Source: Octopus bimaculoides (Eukaryota). Taken from it: a stretch of 64,000 nt of DNA. The stretch lies in assembly GCF_001194135.2 (NCBI RefSeq), contig NC_068981.1, forward strand, positions 86,659,007 through 86,723,006, in the 5' to 3' direction. The position numbers and the translations under genes are program-made. How positions within the stretch are numbered: position 1 is the first letter of the stretch; each line of letters starts with the position of its first letter. Under the pieces are notes generated by a model. That model saw only the letters and a list, made by a program, of their open reading frames with translations. It did no database searches and was not told the DNA's origin. Positions 1 to 14,489 of this stretch are shown piece by piece.

Positions 1-215
1 AAGGTGTTAGTATCATGATCGTAAGATTGTGGTTTCGGTTCCTGGACCGGGCGACGTGTCGTTTTCTTGAGCAAAACACTTCATTTCACGTTGCTTCAGT
101 CCACTCAGCTGGCAAAAATGAGTAACGCTGCGATGGACTGGCGTCCCGTCCAGCCGGGGAACACATACGCCGTTGAAACCGGGCCCATGAGCCTGGCTAG
201 GCTTTAAAAGGGCCC
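1..215 (+). mobile_element. tRNA-derived SINE with Deu/Nin-like central domain (5' end cut by window edge)
   Basis: B-box-like GGTTTCGGTTCC, then TTGAGCAAAACACTTCA and CTGCGATGGACTGGCGTCCCGTCCAG, resembling the Deu/Nin domain as I recall it. Confidence 0.55.
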
Positions 216-569
216 ATTTATATATATATATATATACTCACTAAACGATTAGGGAAACAAAAGATGGATTTGATATTAGTCTTTATTCCGTACGACGAGT
301 GTTTCGACCTATTCTGTGACTGTCCTTTAGGGATGGGATGTTGTGCTTCATTTTGTGTTGCATCAGTTTTGCAGTTTGGGTCCGATACGAAATCCATCCT
401 CTGTTTCATTCATCGATTATTACCTCAACTAACACTACGGAATTCCCGAAGTAGATCCAGGGGAAATACCCCAACTGCGTATGATGCCAGGTAGCCCAAA
501 GTGTGCCAGTGCTTCACTCAACACGCTAATTGACATATACCCATTAGTCCAAAAATTTACACACGCACA

Positions 570-910
570 CATTTGACTGTGTAGTAAGAAGCTTAGTTCC
601 TAACCACATGGTTCCAGGTTCAGTCCTACTGCATGGTACGTTGGGCAAGTGTCTTCTATTATAACCTCGGACCGACCAAATCCTTATCAGTGGTGTGTGT
701 GTGTGTCTGTTCGTCCGCCATCACCGCTTGACAATCCGTCTATATCTCCCGTAATTTGACAGTTCGACAAGAGATCGATAGGATAAGTACCATGCTTAAA
801 AAGAAAAAAAAAAAAAAAAAACAGGGATCGAAACATTCGACTAAAAATCTCTTGAGGTGCCCCAGTATGGCAGCAGTCTAATGACTGAAACAATTAAAGG
901 GAAAAAGTAA
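570..910 (+). mobile_element. SINE family A (tRNA head + CORE-like TTGGGCAAGTGTCTTC + internal microsatellite + GACTGAAAC tail), internally deleted
   Basis: GGTTCAGTCC B-box and CCAGTATGGCAGCAGTCTAATGACTGAAAC tail; more than 10 related copies in the window. Confidence 0.75.
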
Positions 911-1577
911 AAGAATATAAGCATTAGCAGCTTCGTTGGAAATTCCAACACTACTGCTGATTCATATGAAAGAAGTTCGGCGTATAAACACACACGCATA
1001 CATATTATATAATGTATACATATAAAATCCTCTTAACTGGAAATTTAGACATTTCTACTGATACACATGAGAGAAATTAATCATGCATAAATATTTACAT
1101 ACGAAGTGAAAATATCAGAAAATAAACTTGAAAATAGGACTGGACAGCCCCATATGTCTGTAACAAAAATTCTAAGTCCTAAAATATTTCAAGCTTTTGT
1201 CTTTCATCTCACTAACCACAATTATAAAATGTAAATCATAAACTTTTTAATTCCTAAATATTTAGTGTCGAGTAAACAAACTGCAAAAAAGGACATACAT
1301 CCGTGTTATTATTGGTTAGCAAAGTTGAGTTCTTTCCCCTGCCTTTTTTTTTTCAGCTAACAACCAATTAATGTGGAATTGCGATAAATTTTACATTCCC
1401 ACAATCTTTCCCAAGATTTTATTCTAACTCAGCATGCAAACACTAAAAATTCACCAATTGCTTGTTGATTGTTAAGTTCTAGTTCAAAGGTATATCGTAT
1501 GATTGACTGAGTAATAGACAGATAGATAGAGGTGGTAGAAACAAGGAGAGATAAACCATATAGTATGTATGTATGCA

Positions 1578-1621
<44 letters not shown>

Positions 1622-2589
1622 TTAGAATTTGTTTTTACTCATAATAATGAAATATATATTACCTAGTACAATAACTGATGTGTAAATTACAAGGAACCAG
1701 ATGTATTTTTACTAAACATATATTGCAGCATACTTGAATTATATGCGGTCTGGTTAACTGCTATATGCGTTAATAATTTTATTAAAGAAAGGCTGGTTGT
1801 AATTTCCAGGAAAGTAGGTCCTTCTATTTAGAGAATAGAGACATTCGGAATTTATTTGAAATTATTCTTTTGCGTAGTTCTAAGCATTTAAGATACACAT
1901 GCTTGTGAGTGTGTATCTTTTTCATCCGTCATTTATTGAACTCACTCAAAACTTCCTATTCAAGTACATCTTGACAACAGATATCATAAAATAATATTAA
2001 ATAAAAAAAAAAATTATTATTATTTTAATCTTTAAGCATTTAAGGAAGCTGCGGACAATATAAATTATGCTCGCTCCAGTTTTGGAAGAGAAACTTCTCT
2101 TCGAAAAACAGCAGTTGAATTACATGGCGAAACTATTCCATACATCGTCTATAGTTATTTATCGTATCGCTTTTAACATACCTTTTCACACATTCCTTGA
2201 AGCAACTCACTACCAAAATTAATGTGAAATATAAATAAAAATTCTTTATTCCTATTTCGTCACCGCATTACGTTTTTTAAAGCGCAGTTTCGATTGAAAT
2301 ATGTACCTCAGACATTACAGTTTATAACCATAATTGGGTTCAAGAAAGAAAGCAACTAGTGGTCTACGATCGAGATCACAAACTTTTCAGCCTTGACCAC
2401 ATTTTGTATATCCAGGTCAATATGTGTCCTTCTTTTAATATCTAAGGGATACACACACACTTGGCTGTTATTTCTAGCAAGAGAGACCACGTAAGGCTTT
2501 GCTCGTTACCCCTCAGTCCCGGCGGATAAACTTTTCACCCTTTATTAAAATGTTTTAATCGCAAGTATAATTTGCGTAAGTTATTTATA

Positions 2590-2621
2590 AACTCAGGCAA
2601 CGTCAAGTACTTGCTGCTAGT
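2590..2621 (+). mobile_element. possible non-autonomous Helitron 3' end
   Basis: GGCAACGTCAAGTACTTGCTG followed by CTAG|T at 2617-2621; the hairpin is degenerate. Confidence 0.3.
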
Positions 2622-3769
2622 TTTAATAATTAAGGGTTTAAACAACCGTGTTATTTGGGGTTACGATGGGAACAAAGACAGACGTTCGTATTATGTATAG
2701 ATACGGTAGCAGCCGTATCCGAGAGAAACTTAGGTTTGACTTGTTAACAAAATACAGTTGTATAGAAATAATTATGCAAACCTTACTAAGCATCCAACTA
2801 TAAATGTGAACTGATTTCTAAGTATTATTAAATGATTTGTGTGCATACCCACACTTACGAATTTCCTGGGATTTCAGAAAATACTTGCACATATTAAAGA
2901 CAAGCATCCACAGAAAGGAAGAGAGCTTGAAAGATACTATATACCCAGGTTAAATTCCCCACTGGATGTGGGTATTTATTACGAAGATTAGAATCTAGTG
3001 GGTGGAATCTATGACATACGAACTAGTAACTGACCCAGTAACCAAATTAACTTAGCACGTTTTAGCTTTAAAAACTTGCTTAGAACTTTAAAAAAAATAA
3101 TATCAGCTATATTAAACAATAAAATTCTTTACTTATTTAAATTTACCTTTACAATTCTCCTGATTGTAATATCCTGGTTATGCTGGTTTGCAGTAAATAT
3201 ACGGTTTTTAAGTAGTAAACACATACAAAGCATGCACTATGCAACCTATATAAATATATACGAAGAGCTTTGATATCAACAAAATGTTAGACTTTTATAT
3301 TGTTAATATCTCGGGTCATCTCAACCTTGTTCCCATGATAGGAGGCAGTCGTAGTTATAACATTTGTTCGTGAAGAAAGCCATATCGGCCCATCTTTTTT
3401 CCTTAATTATTTAAAACTTTTAAAGTTAGCAATTATAATGTTTCTTAAAATATTTTTACCATCAACTTTTTAACAAAATTACCCTAACTGTTTGTATGGT
3501 TCCATTTATGTTAATTGCATCATTTATGTTTATTCCCTTTACCCAAAGGCCTCAATCGGTCAGGGTGACCGTGTATCAGCATATGTGTGCTTAGGCGTAC
3601 GCAAGATGTATGTGTGTATGTTCAGGAGACTGGCAGTTGCCTATGCACATTCGTGACCCTTCTGCGACCGAGAAAGTCACAGCTTGGCATCAGTGTCATC
3701 ACAATCATTGCTGTCAGAATGCAAAAGGTCGAAACATACTGCCAACAGTTTGATAATCTTGTTTTTTGT

Positions 3770-3885
3770 ATTTTTACTGATCCTGAATGGATGAAAAACA
3801 AAGTTAACCTCGGCGAGATTTGAACTCAGAATGCAGAAAGTTACAACAAATAAGCGCTCTAAGGATTTCACCAATTCGCCACCTT
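3770..3885 (-). mobile_element. SINE family B (tRNA head + GACTTTGCCTTTCATCC domain), degenerate
   Basis: CTCGGCGAGATTTGAACTCAGAA on + strand matches the other B copies. Confidence 0.65.
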
Positions 3886-4799
3886 TCTTTTTTCTACCTT
3901 TTGATATTATGATATTTGAATAATTTCCCGCAAGTTTCCTAATTGTAGGGTAAATCTTGAGAGAGTGCAACACTTCCAAGTTGTCACACTGCAACTCATA
4001 TAATTAATATTCTATATCAGAGCGTGCAGCATGGTCCTAGCAAAGTGGAGACATTGAGTGTGTGCGTGCATGCATCTATCTATCTATCCACACATACACA
4101 CACGCAAGCACATAGGTGCAAAACAAAATGCAGAAGATATGCAAACACAAAAGATAGAGTAAACTATTGATTAGCTGAAAGTGAAAAGACTCACTTTCAT
4201 GTAACCGATCATCTGACAGTTGTGAGTTGTACTAAACATTCATTTAAAATCATGGCGCAAGTTTGCAAAAGAAACGATAAAATAAATACCAGACTATAAA
4301 AAAAAAATCTTAAGTACTGGGGGTATGTGTTAAACTAAACCCTTCAAGGTAGTGCCAAGCATGGCCGCAGTCCAAAGACATAAAACTCGTAAACATACTA
4401 TATATAAATAAATAAATATATACATATTACACACATATATTACGTATATATATATATATATATTATATATATGTAATATATATATTATATATATCATATT
4501 CATTATATATATATATTATATACATATATTATATATATCTATATTATATATATATATATANNNNNNNNNNAGGTAGTGCCAAGCATGGCCGCAGTCCAAA
4601 GACATAAAACTCGTAAACATACTATATATAAATAAATAAATATATACATATTACACACATATATTACGTATATATATATATATATATTATATATATGTAA
4701 TATATATATTATATATATCATATTCATTATATATATATATTATATACATATATATTTATATTAGATATATACATATATATAATATATATATATATATAT

Positions 4800-5095
4800 A
4801 CTATAGCCACGGGCTGACCGGAGCCTTGTAAGTGGATTTGCTAGTCTAGACGAAAACTGAAAGAAACCCGCTGTGCGTGTGTAAATACACGCACACACAT
4901 AATGTGCGCACGCGCTTGTCTTTTCCCCATCACCACTTGACAACCAGTATTGGTGTTTTTACGACCCCATAACTTAGCGGTTACGCGAAAGAACTCAATA
5001 AAATAAGTACCAGGCTTTCAATAAAAACAAGTACTGGTGTTGATTCGTCCGACTAAAATTCAAGGCGGTGTCCCAGCATGGCCGCAATCTAATGA
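4800..5095 (+). mobile_element. SINE family A, 3' two-thirds
   Basis: GCCTTGTAAGTGGATTTG...CCATAACTTAGCGGTT...CCCAGCATGGCCGCAATCTAATGAC. Confidence 0.8.
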
Positions 5096-6635
5096 CAGAC
5101 GGTTAAAAAGTTTACTTTATAACCGTGAGTTATCCAGTTCGTGACATCCTGGGATTATATATAATTTTCGACAGAGTGAAAATTGTTTTGAAGCCCGTTG
5201 GGTTTTATTGTACCAGGAATTCAAAATGTATAATCTAATGTAATTCCGAGAATTACATTAAGGATTTACGTGTCAGTTGAATGCTCAGCCTTATGAGCAG
5301 AAAATACAACAACGATAAAACAAAAAACAAAACCAGGTATGTGGGTCGAGCCTAGTCTCTTTCCACTGATTGCCAGAATCCTCTATCTACGACGACGACC
5401 GTCACGAACATGCCAAACTGTATTAAATGTCATCTAAATAAAGTTGTGTCGGGAGAGGCGTGTTATAAATACTTCCTTATAAAACATGCTATTTATTTTT
5501 ATCGAGTCAGCTCTGCTGGTCAAGCTGACGGAGGGTTAAACAACAACAAATGATCAAATAGATTATGTTTTAATTACTTACTGTCTATTTCAAGTGTAAT
5601 TTTACAGAGATACATTTTCGAAGGTAGGATGATGGTCATGTTGATGAAATTTTTATTTTATTTATTGTTGGCGTGGCGATTAAACCATTCAATAACTTGC
5701 TCATATTGCACACTATGTATGACATTATTTTGATTGATACTAATTATTAATTTTCAACACGAAATTGAAAGGCGCGATTAAAAAAAATTGTCTACGTTCT
5801 GCATACTTACAAACCGAAAGCATTCAGGGGTAAGACTTCAACGCAAAAATGTTACTTTTTTAAATCGTGTTTTCCACTTTTATGTTGATCATGAATAATA
5901 TATATCATGATATCACAGATTTTAAAAAATTTATTTTTATGTTGTGCGATGATCATGAGCAAGTTGTATGACTTAAAAGGTATGAACTTCTTTAACCAAT
6001 AAAAGAAAAAAAAATCCTATTCCCCCACAAATAAAAATTATCAACATAATTGTCACGTACACCTTTAAAAGCAGCTCTGCAAAACTACAATAAAAAATAT
6101 GCATTATTAAAAAAGTTATACGGAGACAAAGTTGAAGTGAGGGACACCCAAGTAGCTATTATGCAAACAAGCAGGCTTTCCTTTATTAACTACCTCACCA
6201 CATATGTTTATATAAAGTGACAAAATAAAAATTGTAATTCGATATCTTTTTTTATAATATATACAAAAGGTCGATCGGATGTTTAAGACAAAAAAATTAC
6301 ACGACATAGAAACAAATCGGGTTTTATTCGATGTTCACTCACTAATATTGTATTAATATGATCGGAAGAAATATCTGACGCAATGTTAACCAAAACATTA
6401 ACGATTTTTTAAAACTCTACACGTGGTTAGTATTTGAGTGTACTTCGTACTCTTAACTGATAGAGCCATAAATATCTGAAAAGAATTGTGTTGCTATCTG
6501 CCAATGTGTGACTATTTCGTACCATTTCGCTTTTCTGAAAAACTGGGTGGGCTTCTTTGGTAGTATATGCACATCTAGCTGGTTCAGCATAAATAAACCC
6601 AATAACTTTCTAAAAATAATATAAACCAAAATTTC

Positions 6636-6680
<45 letters not shown>

Positions 6681-7020
6681 CATACATATACATACATACA
6701 TATGTACACATACATATGTACACACACATATGTACACATGTATATGCATTTTATATATATACACACACACACACACACACATATATATGTAAGAATATAC
6801 ATACATATATATGTGTGTGTGTGTAAACATACACGTATGTATATGCCTACTTTACAGAGACGCTACGATTACGACAATAGTTAATAGGGAAAGCAGTATA
6901 ACCTTTATATATATATATATATAAAAAACCCTCCTTTGACTAAAACAACCTGCTCTGTCGTCGGTACGTGAAACAAATTAAAGAGGATAGTGACAACGAA
7001 AAACGCATATAACCAGTTAT

Positions 7021-7057
<37 letters not shown>

Positions 7058-10000
7058 CGAAATTTTACATCTGCTTCTCATGGCTACACAAATACATACA
7101 CACACACACACGAAAAAATATATATATATTATATATATATATATATATATGCATACATAAACATACCACACACACGTATGTGTGTTATTTAAAACTGAGC
7201 ACACTGAGTCCGACAGTTGTTAGATTTGTTTATTTTAATAAAACATTAACATTCCTACTTTTTAGTTCTTTATTGTAAATGGCATAATGATGTTCGTATG
7301 AACAGATAACACAATGATTGTGTGTGTGTAAATGTGTTTAAATAAACTTGTGTGTATAAAATTTTTATTCATGTACAAAAGAATTTTTAAAATGAGCTTT
7401 TCTTAGCTTCTCTTGTGTCGGAAATAGAACAGACACGCAAGTAATCTGTCATGCCAAGAAACGTGTAAAAAACAAATGACATCTAATTATTTTATTACTG
7501 GATATTTTTGAAGAAGGGCAGGATGTCTACAAAGGAGGAAAAAAATCCTTTTTTTTTTTGTGGGGGTGATCTTTGGTTTTACGCAGATATATGTACCTAA
7601 AATCCAAAATCACCTTTTTGTTTTAATTGAAAAATAGCTCTTTGTACTGATTGAAACCATTCCACATATATACAAAATGATGGATAGGCAAATTAGTAAG
7701 GATTCAGGTGAATATCTGTGTATAAATGGTTATTTTAATATTAATTAGCACTTTTTGTTAGTTTGTTATTTAATTATTACAGAAGCAGTTAAGTTAAGAG
7801 TTTTCAAATACTGTAGTATTTAAATTTATTAAAGAAAGACTCCTTTTTTTCTTATTATTCAAAATAATCCACAGAAATAAATACAATACACACAAAACTT
7901 TTCTCTTATTTCAAACAGCCAAAAACCTGACAATGTTCTTATCAAGCGAGGACAAAATTCCTACGAAAGGAAACAGCTAAATGACACCCTGAGGCATAGA
8001 CTTAAAAATCCACTTCAGATTGTGTATATATATATATATGTATATATATGCATTCACACACACAAATTTAAACGATTTCAAATATTGCACATGCTTCGCT
8101 ATATCACGTTGCGCGTCGACATGTATAAAAAAAAAATACTATTGTATCTAAGCGGTCATGCTTTATTTCACACAACTCTGTTCCATAAGAACAGAACAGT
8201 TTCAGCAATCACCTGTATCATCTCGAAGGTGTAACAATCAACGAGTGTTTAGTTTGTAAATATTTGGCGAGAATAACCTAATAAAAACAATGACTTCACC
8301 GTGTCAACAAATAAATAAAAATATATAAAAGCGCTTCGGTTTGACCGATATTATTGAGAGCTGCTAGGCACTGAAACAACTACAACTGGGAATCGAAATC
8401 AGGTCGTGCATTCTATTTAGAGAATAAGCAACAATTTCATTTCATTTCAAAACAAGGGACAGACTCAAGTAGCTTATTCTACACAACTTGCATACAAAAG
8501 GAAAAAAAAAAAACGAATACGTAACTGGGTAAAGATTTTGTAAGAAATACGTATAAACATAATATTGTTGATAATAAATATTTCCTCATGATAATATTGT
8601 TGATAAATATTTTCTCATCTAGTTCGTCAGATTTTGTCTCCGCTTAACATATTTTTTTGTGTTTAGTATAACTCTAATGTAAACACAAAATAACCATTCT
8701 CTAATGATCCTAACCTGGGGAAAGTATAAGTTTTTGAATTTAGAACAAAATATTTTTACAAATAAATAAGCATAGTATAAAATATTTTCTTGCAAAATGA
8801 AAACTGAAAATTATCAATCTTTTTTTACCCTCTAAACAGCTTAATCTCTTTGTAGGTTGATCAAACTAATTCATATACTGGTAATTATTTTATCGATCAT
8901 GAAAAAAAAGTATCAAAAACAGTATATAGAAGAACTGATTTATTTACTCTGACCCGCAAACGTTCCTATCAACACATAGTTCTTACTAGTAAATGTACTG
9001 AAAGTCATTAACATGGAAAGAAAACAACAGATAATCGTACATAATCCAATAAGGAAATATGAATTGAGATAGATCTACGCAGGAAGAAATCAATTAAATT
9101 CTGCAATTACTCCATGCGGTGTAGAATGGAACAAGTACCGAATTGTTTCATGCCATAAAGAGATATCGCTTTAAGGGGTAATATTCCTTTTTTGTAAAAA
9201 TAGAATATATAATAAATCAACCTCATTACATTATTGACATTTATTTGAACTAAATGGGCTAAGACACAAGTTAAACGTATGTATATATGTAACAGGATTA
9301 TTGAAAAGTATCTTTCAGATGGATCCCCTAAATGTTTAACGCTTACCAGAGGTGCGCAATTCAACAGTAACTAGCATTACTATTTACAGAAATAGAATAA
9401 CACGTGGTAGAATTAGTTAAAAGACAGCGCTAACAATTTATGTAATTTTCTGGTGTCTTTTTACTTCTCTTGTTAAGAATAGTTTTAATGTGAATATATA
9501 TAAATATACATACATACCACATGGTAATAATAATAATTGTTTTTAAAGACAATGTAGATGTAATTAAATGAAATTTGTATTTTCCCAATAAAATAAGTAA
9601 CTAAACAATTTTAATATTTCAAAAGTAATAAGAAGTTGAAAAATTATATATGAAATCAACTTTAACTGTAAGAAAAGACAATGACATTGAAGAAAGAGAA
9701 AAATGCGATTTCAGTACCTTTAGACAGTATCAAAACAATGAAACATAATTGCTCAATGAATGTAGGTAACCAATAAAAATTAGCAATCGATATAATTGAG
9801 TGGTGGAATTGAGAAATGGAAAAGTAGCGAACTAACCTCCTTACAATATTTAAAATCGTCTACATGCAGGGAAAGTGAGATGTCTTTCTTTGCTTTTCAA
9901 AACTGCGATTCGATATTAAAATACCACTTATATAACAGTGATTGATTAAATCAATTTTACACTACACTTCCAAAAACAGTGATTTACTACATTATTTTAA

Positions 10001-11646
10001 CTCAAAAGAAGAATTAAACAGACATGTATATCTCTTATCGTTACACGTTTTTAATATTTGTTCATTTGTTGTTACCTCAAACGGTGCCGATTCAGCTGAC
10101 CGAAGACCCAAAGCATTCCAAGCGTGACCACCTCATCTTTTGTCTATGTATATTTACACCATGGAATACGTAATCCACATGTAATTTTTTTTAATGAAGA
10201 CGGTAGGATGTGATTTTAGGGAGATTTTGGAGCTAATTTTAGCAGGAGGGGCAACAACGAAGACGATCCTTCGAGGGCTCCTATTACGCAAATGTCTATT
10301 CGTTATACTAACGTTTATTATTGAATGAATATAGTTATCGTAGGAAGTTTTTTTTAGGATAACAGCCAATTACGAAGATTAGTATAAGAACATTCAGAAA
10401 AAAATCATCGTTATTTAAAATTAATGTAAACATTTAACTACGAACTGACATAATCTTCAGCTGTACTACATATACACCTAGCAAACTATTTGTAAATATA
10501 CATATGGCTGTGAATGTACATATACACATATATCAAGCATGTACTACGAGGAAAGCAGTGTTAATAAATTGTCAACACAAAGCCTTATCACTATGATAGA
10601 ATGTATAAAGATATGTAAAAATATGTATGTACACATTATATATACATATATTTATATATATACACACATACACACACAACTAAATATCATCCTTTTATGC
10701 TTGCTTTCATAGCTGTCACGGTTAGTGACGGGTAGTCAGTTGGAATCAGCATATATTCAGAGTTTCTGTGCTCACCCAGACGTGTCAAAGGACCGCATGT
10801 CACTTTCGGCCTGGTGTCTAGTGGTAGATGCCCTTACAAACACAAATCAGTGTATAGAGTGTATTTGGTGCATTATTTTGTGACACCATCGCAAGAGAGG
10901 TAACCATGCCCACCACAAGATTAAAAGGTCCTCTCGACCTTATGTCACTGCTTGCTTGCAAACTACTTCACAGTGAGAAAGGAATGACTGATGGAGGCGG
11001 CAGTAATAGACGACAGAGGGACAAGGTTTAGGGATATTCAATATTCTTAGACACAGACATAGATGTACATGTAAAGTAACATGACTAAGAGAATAGAGTG
11101 ATAACAGAATGCAATGTGACTCAGGCGACATAGCAATGACAGAAGAAGGGCTAGGATGTGTGGACGAAAAAGGAACAAGAAAATAATGGCAGACAAAATG
11201 GGATGAAGTTAATGACTGGAGGTACAACAGCAGAGGATGTGTGTGTATGTTTGCATATATTTACATATATATGTATTTATATATATACATGTGTATATGT
11301 ATATATATATATATATATATTTGCATATATATGTATGTGTGTGTTCCTGTCTTGTTTTTTGTCCGCCACTACATTCCTCCATGGCAAGATTTAATTTGTG
11401 TATACAAATTTAATTTGCTGTCCATGGGAAGAGCCGTTTTAATGATGCGTCCTGCCTAGCTCTTCGAAATGCCGGTGTTAAAACGGAGGTAGCTGATGAA
11501 GTAGAATGTTCTCTATGTGGCTTGTGTGTTTTCCCGTCTACGTTTTGTTTGCAATGTCCTGTACCCAGATATGCACCTATACATAAAGGTGGATGTCGGT
11601 ACGCACATACCTGTACGTATATATGCATATACTCATTTACTATTTG

Positions 11647-11677
<31 letters not shown>

Positions 11678-11691
11678 GGCTNNNNNNNNNN

Positions 11692-11727
<36 letters not shown>

Positions 11728-12376
11728 GCTGCCTTTAACTTTTGGTGACTTCCCTCATAAGACCACACTGACTCACTCAAAGGGTCACTTTGACAGACCA
11801 CCTTCTCTATATTACTTTATCTTTTCCCCACCTCACTGAACCACCCTGGCCCATTTTGCCCCTGTGAAATCAGCTCTTGTCAGGACCACCTTAATTTACT
11901 CTTTTTCCACTCTGCTGTGCCTTGTTGGACCATTTTATTTCACTTCAACATTGAACCCTTTTGCAGGGACAATTTTTGGGGACAGACCATTATGCACAGT
12001 TCATTTTTGTATGGACCATTTCTTCCTCTCCTTCCTAAACATCTTCACCCCACAGGTCATTGGCACCGATTTTATGGTTGATTCTAGTGCATTCTATTAT
12101 TATCTATATCACTGTTGTAATGTATGTTGCCACTACTGAGCGATTCACTTATTAATGATTTGCCAGTTGTCACTGTTATTTTGATCAGGATTCAGAATCT
12201 GATTATTATTATTAATATTACTATTAATTTCATGTTCCATTATTGCTTATTATTATCATCATTATTATTATTATTATTATTATTATTTGTGCCAAAATTT
12301 GGAGCCATTATAATTATTTTTATTATTATTACTATGAGTCCTATCTAAACCAACTTAGCAGGTTACCTATACTTAC

Positions 12377-12465
12377 ATTTCAGTTTTCCGTTCTTAAATC
12401 ATTCGATTCTATGTAAATCTCGACACTTCATGACTGTCTTTGTATTATCCCCTTCATTCAGTGCC
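12377..12465 (-). CDS. candidate 89-nt exon of an unidentified minus-strand gene
   Basis: acceptor TTTGTTGTATTTGCCACCAG|, donor |GTAAGT at 12376; the only long open frame reads ALNEGDNTKTVMKCRDLHRIE*; CpGs retained. Confidence 0.3.
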
Positions 12466-12769
12466 CTGGTGGCAAATACAACAAATCATCATCATCATCA
12501 TCATTATTATTACCACAATTCTTTATTTTGGTACTAATGTGATCATTATTATAATAATTATCATTAATAGAATCTTCATTTTTATTTCGTTCAATTCTTC
12601 TCATTATTATTGCTCTTATTTATTACTGCTACTTATTTCAGTGGTATCATTACTATCAACTGGTATTATCAAGATTAGTTTTAACCAGTATTTGTTATCA
12701 TCATAGGTAATATTTGTAATTTTTTTTTTTTATCAGCTACCTTTAATCATTTATTATTATTATTACCAA

Positions 12770-13625
12770 GGTTAAGGCGGCGAACTGGCGGAATTGTTAG
12801 CATACTGGACGAAACGCTTAGCGGTATTTCGCCCGTCACTATGTTCTGAGTTCAAATTGTGCCAAAGTCGACTTTACCTTTCATCCTTTCAGGGTCAATA
12901 AATTAAGTACCAGTTGAGTATTGGGGTCAATGTAATCGACTATCCCCCTCCCCCAAATCTGCTTGTGCCTATAATACCAAGGATTATTACCAAGGTTAAG
13001 GTGGCAGTATTCCATCTATATTTACATTTCCGAGTTCAAATTCTGCTGAGGCAAACTTTGCTTTTTGTACTTTCGGTAGTCAATAAAATAAATACCAGTT
13101 GAACACTGGAGACTATGTAATTGACTTACCCACTCCCTCAAAATTGCTGGCTTTGTGCCAAAACGTGAAACCATTATTGTTACTAAAGAGGTAAAGGTGG
13201 TGAGTCGGTAGAACTGTTAGCATACTGAGCAAAATGCTTAGTGGCATTTCTTTAGCCTTAACATTATGAGTTCAAATTCCGAGAAGGTCAACTTTATCTT
13301 TCATTCTTTCAGGATTGATAAAATATGTACCAGTCAAGTACTGAGGTCGATGTAATTGATTTACCCCATTCCTCCAAAAACTAATGGCCTTGTGCCAAAA
13401 TTTGAAACCTTTAAATACTTAGGTAGCAAGCTGGCATAATTGTCAGTGTAGTGGACAAAATATTTAGCAGCATTGCTGCCGGTGTGAGTTCAAATCCTGC
13501 TGATGTCAAGTATACCTTCCATCCTTACAGGTTCAATAAAATAAAGTACCAGTTAAATATCAGAGTCAATGAAAATGACTAAACCCTTCCCTCTAAAATT
13601 GCTAGTTCTATCTCCAAATTTAAAA
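12770..13625 (+). mobile_element. four head-to-tail SINE family B copies
   Basis: four units of about 200-230 bp, each with GAGTTCAAAT, (G)ACTTT(A/G)CCTTTCATCC, AATAAA-T-AAGTACCAGT and a TTGTGCC-type tail. Confidence 0.85.
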
Positions 13626-13630
13626 ACCAT

Positions 13631-13940
13631 GTGGCTATGGCAAAAGAGGTTGTGTGGTGGACGAGGCTGAAAGAGTTGAGGAAAGGTACCTTCCTCTTCA
13701 GTCAAGCTCTCATTGACTTTTTTAAGATCCACTTGGAAAGGAAAGGGAGAATGGAAAGTGAAGTGTTAGCTCCTAGTGAATTTTTGAAAAGATGGGTGAC
13801 AAAAATGGTTAGAGTGAATGGCCCTATTCTATGCGCCTGTAGATTGGAAAGCAGGAGAAAGGGCTCATAATCAGGGTAATCTTGGTTCTTGGATCTGTAG
13901 GGTTCCTTGATTGACCCCTGGTTGGAGTTTTTCCTGTATC
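13631..13940 (+). mobile_element. Tx1/L1-clade LINE 3' end, 5'-truncated
   Basis: AMAKEVVWWTRLKELRKGTFLFSQALIDFFKIHLERK is homologous to the copy at 46.2-46.65 kb. Confidence 0.65.
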
Positions 13941-13954
13941 ATAATATCACATAC

Positions 13955-14172
13955 TTTGTATACTCTTTTACTCTTTTACTTGTTTCAGTCGTTTGACTGC
14001 GGCCATGCTGGGGTACCACCTTTAGTCGAGCAACTCGACCCCAGGACTTATTCTTTGTAAGCCTAGTACTTATTCTATCGGTCTCTTTTTGCCGAACTGC
14101 CAAGTTAGGGGGACGCAAACACACCAGCATCGGTCGTCAAGCGAAACTGGGGGGACAAACACAGACACACAA

Positions 14173-14217
<45 letters not shown>

Positions 14218-14332
14218 CATACGACGGGCTTCTTTCAGTTTCCGTCTACCAAATCCACTCACAAGGCTTTGATCGGCCCGAGGCTATAGTAGACGACACT
14301 TGCCCAAGGTGCCAGGCAGTGGGACTGAACCC
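13955..14332 (-). mobile_element. SINE family A, near full length and little diverged
   Basis: TACTCTTTTACTTGTTTCAGTC tail, central (TA)n, CORE-like part and GGGACTGAACC head; CpGs intact. Confidence 0.9.
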
Positions 14333-14489
14333 TATATATACTTTTTTTACTACATTTCACTGTCTTTTCCATTTCTTTCTCCCTGTCCTTTATGTAAATC
14401 CCCATATAAATTGGTGCCTGTTCTTGTGATGTCCCACCCCATCTATGCCCCAGTGACTAATAAAAAAAATTATCATCATCATCATTGTT

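Noticed and set aside
280-375. GAAAC-ACTC-GTC with CTGATGC upstream on the minus strand
   Set aside because: No convincing stem I or II; at best a decayed hammerhead
4349-4790. About 210-bp direct repeat
   Set aside because: The copies flank a 10-N gap, so this is overlapping contig ends; a similar duplication occurs at about 11690
7923-7943. KPDNVLI, a kinase catalytic-loop-like peptide after a possible acceptor
   Set aside because: No HRD before it, no DFG after it, and the frame runs into a microsatellite; likely chance
12770-13625. Regularly spaced repeats suggesting a CRISPR-like array
   Set aside because: Units are about 200-bp diverged SINEs with no constant short repeat and unique spacers; eukaryotic context
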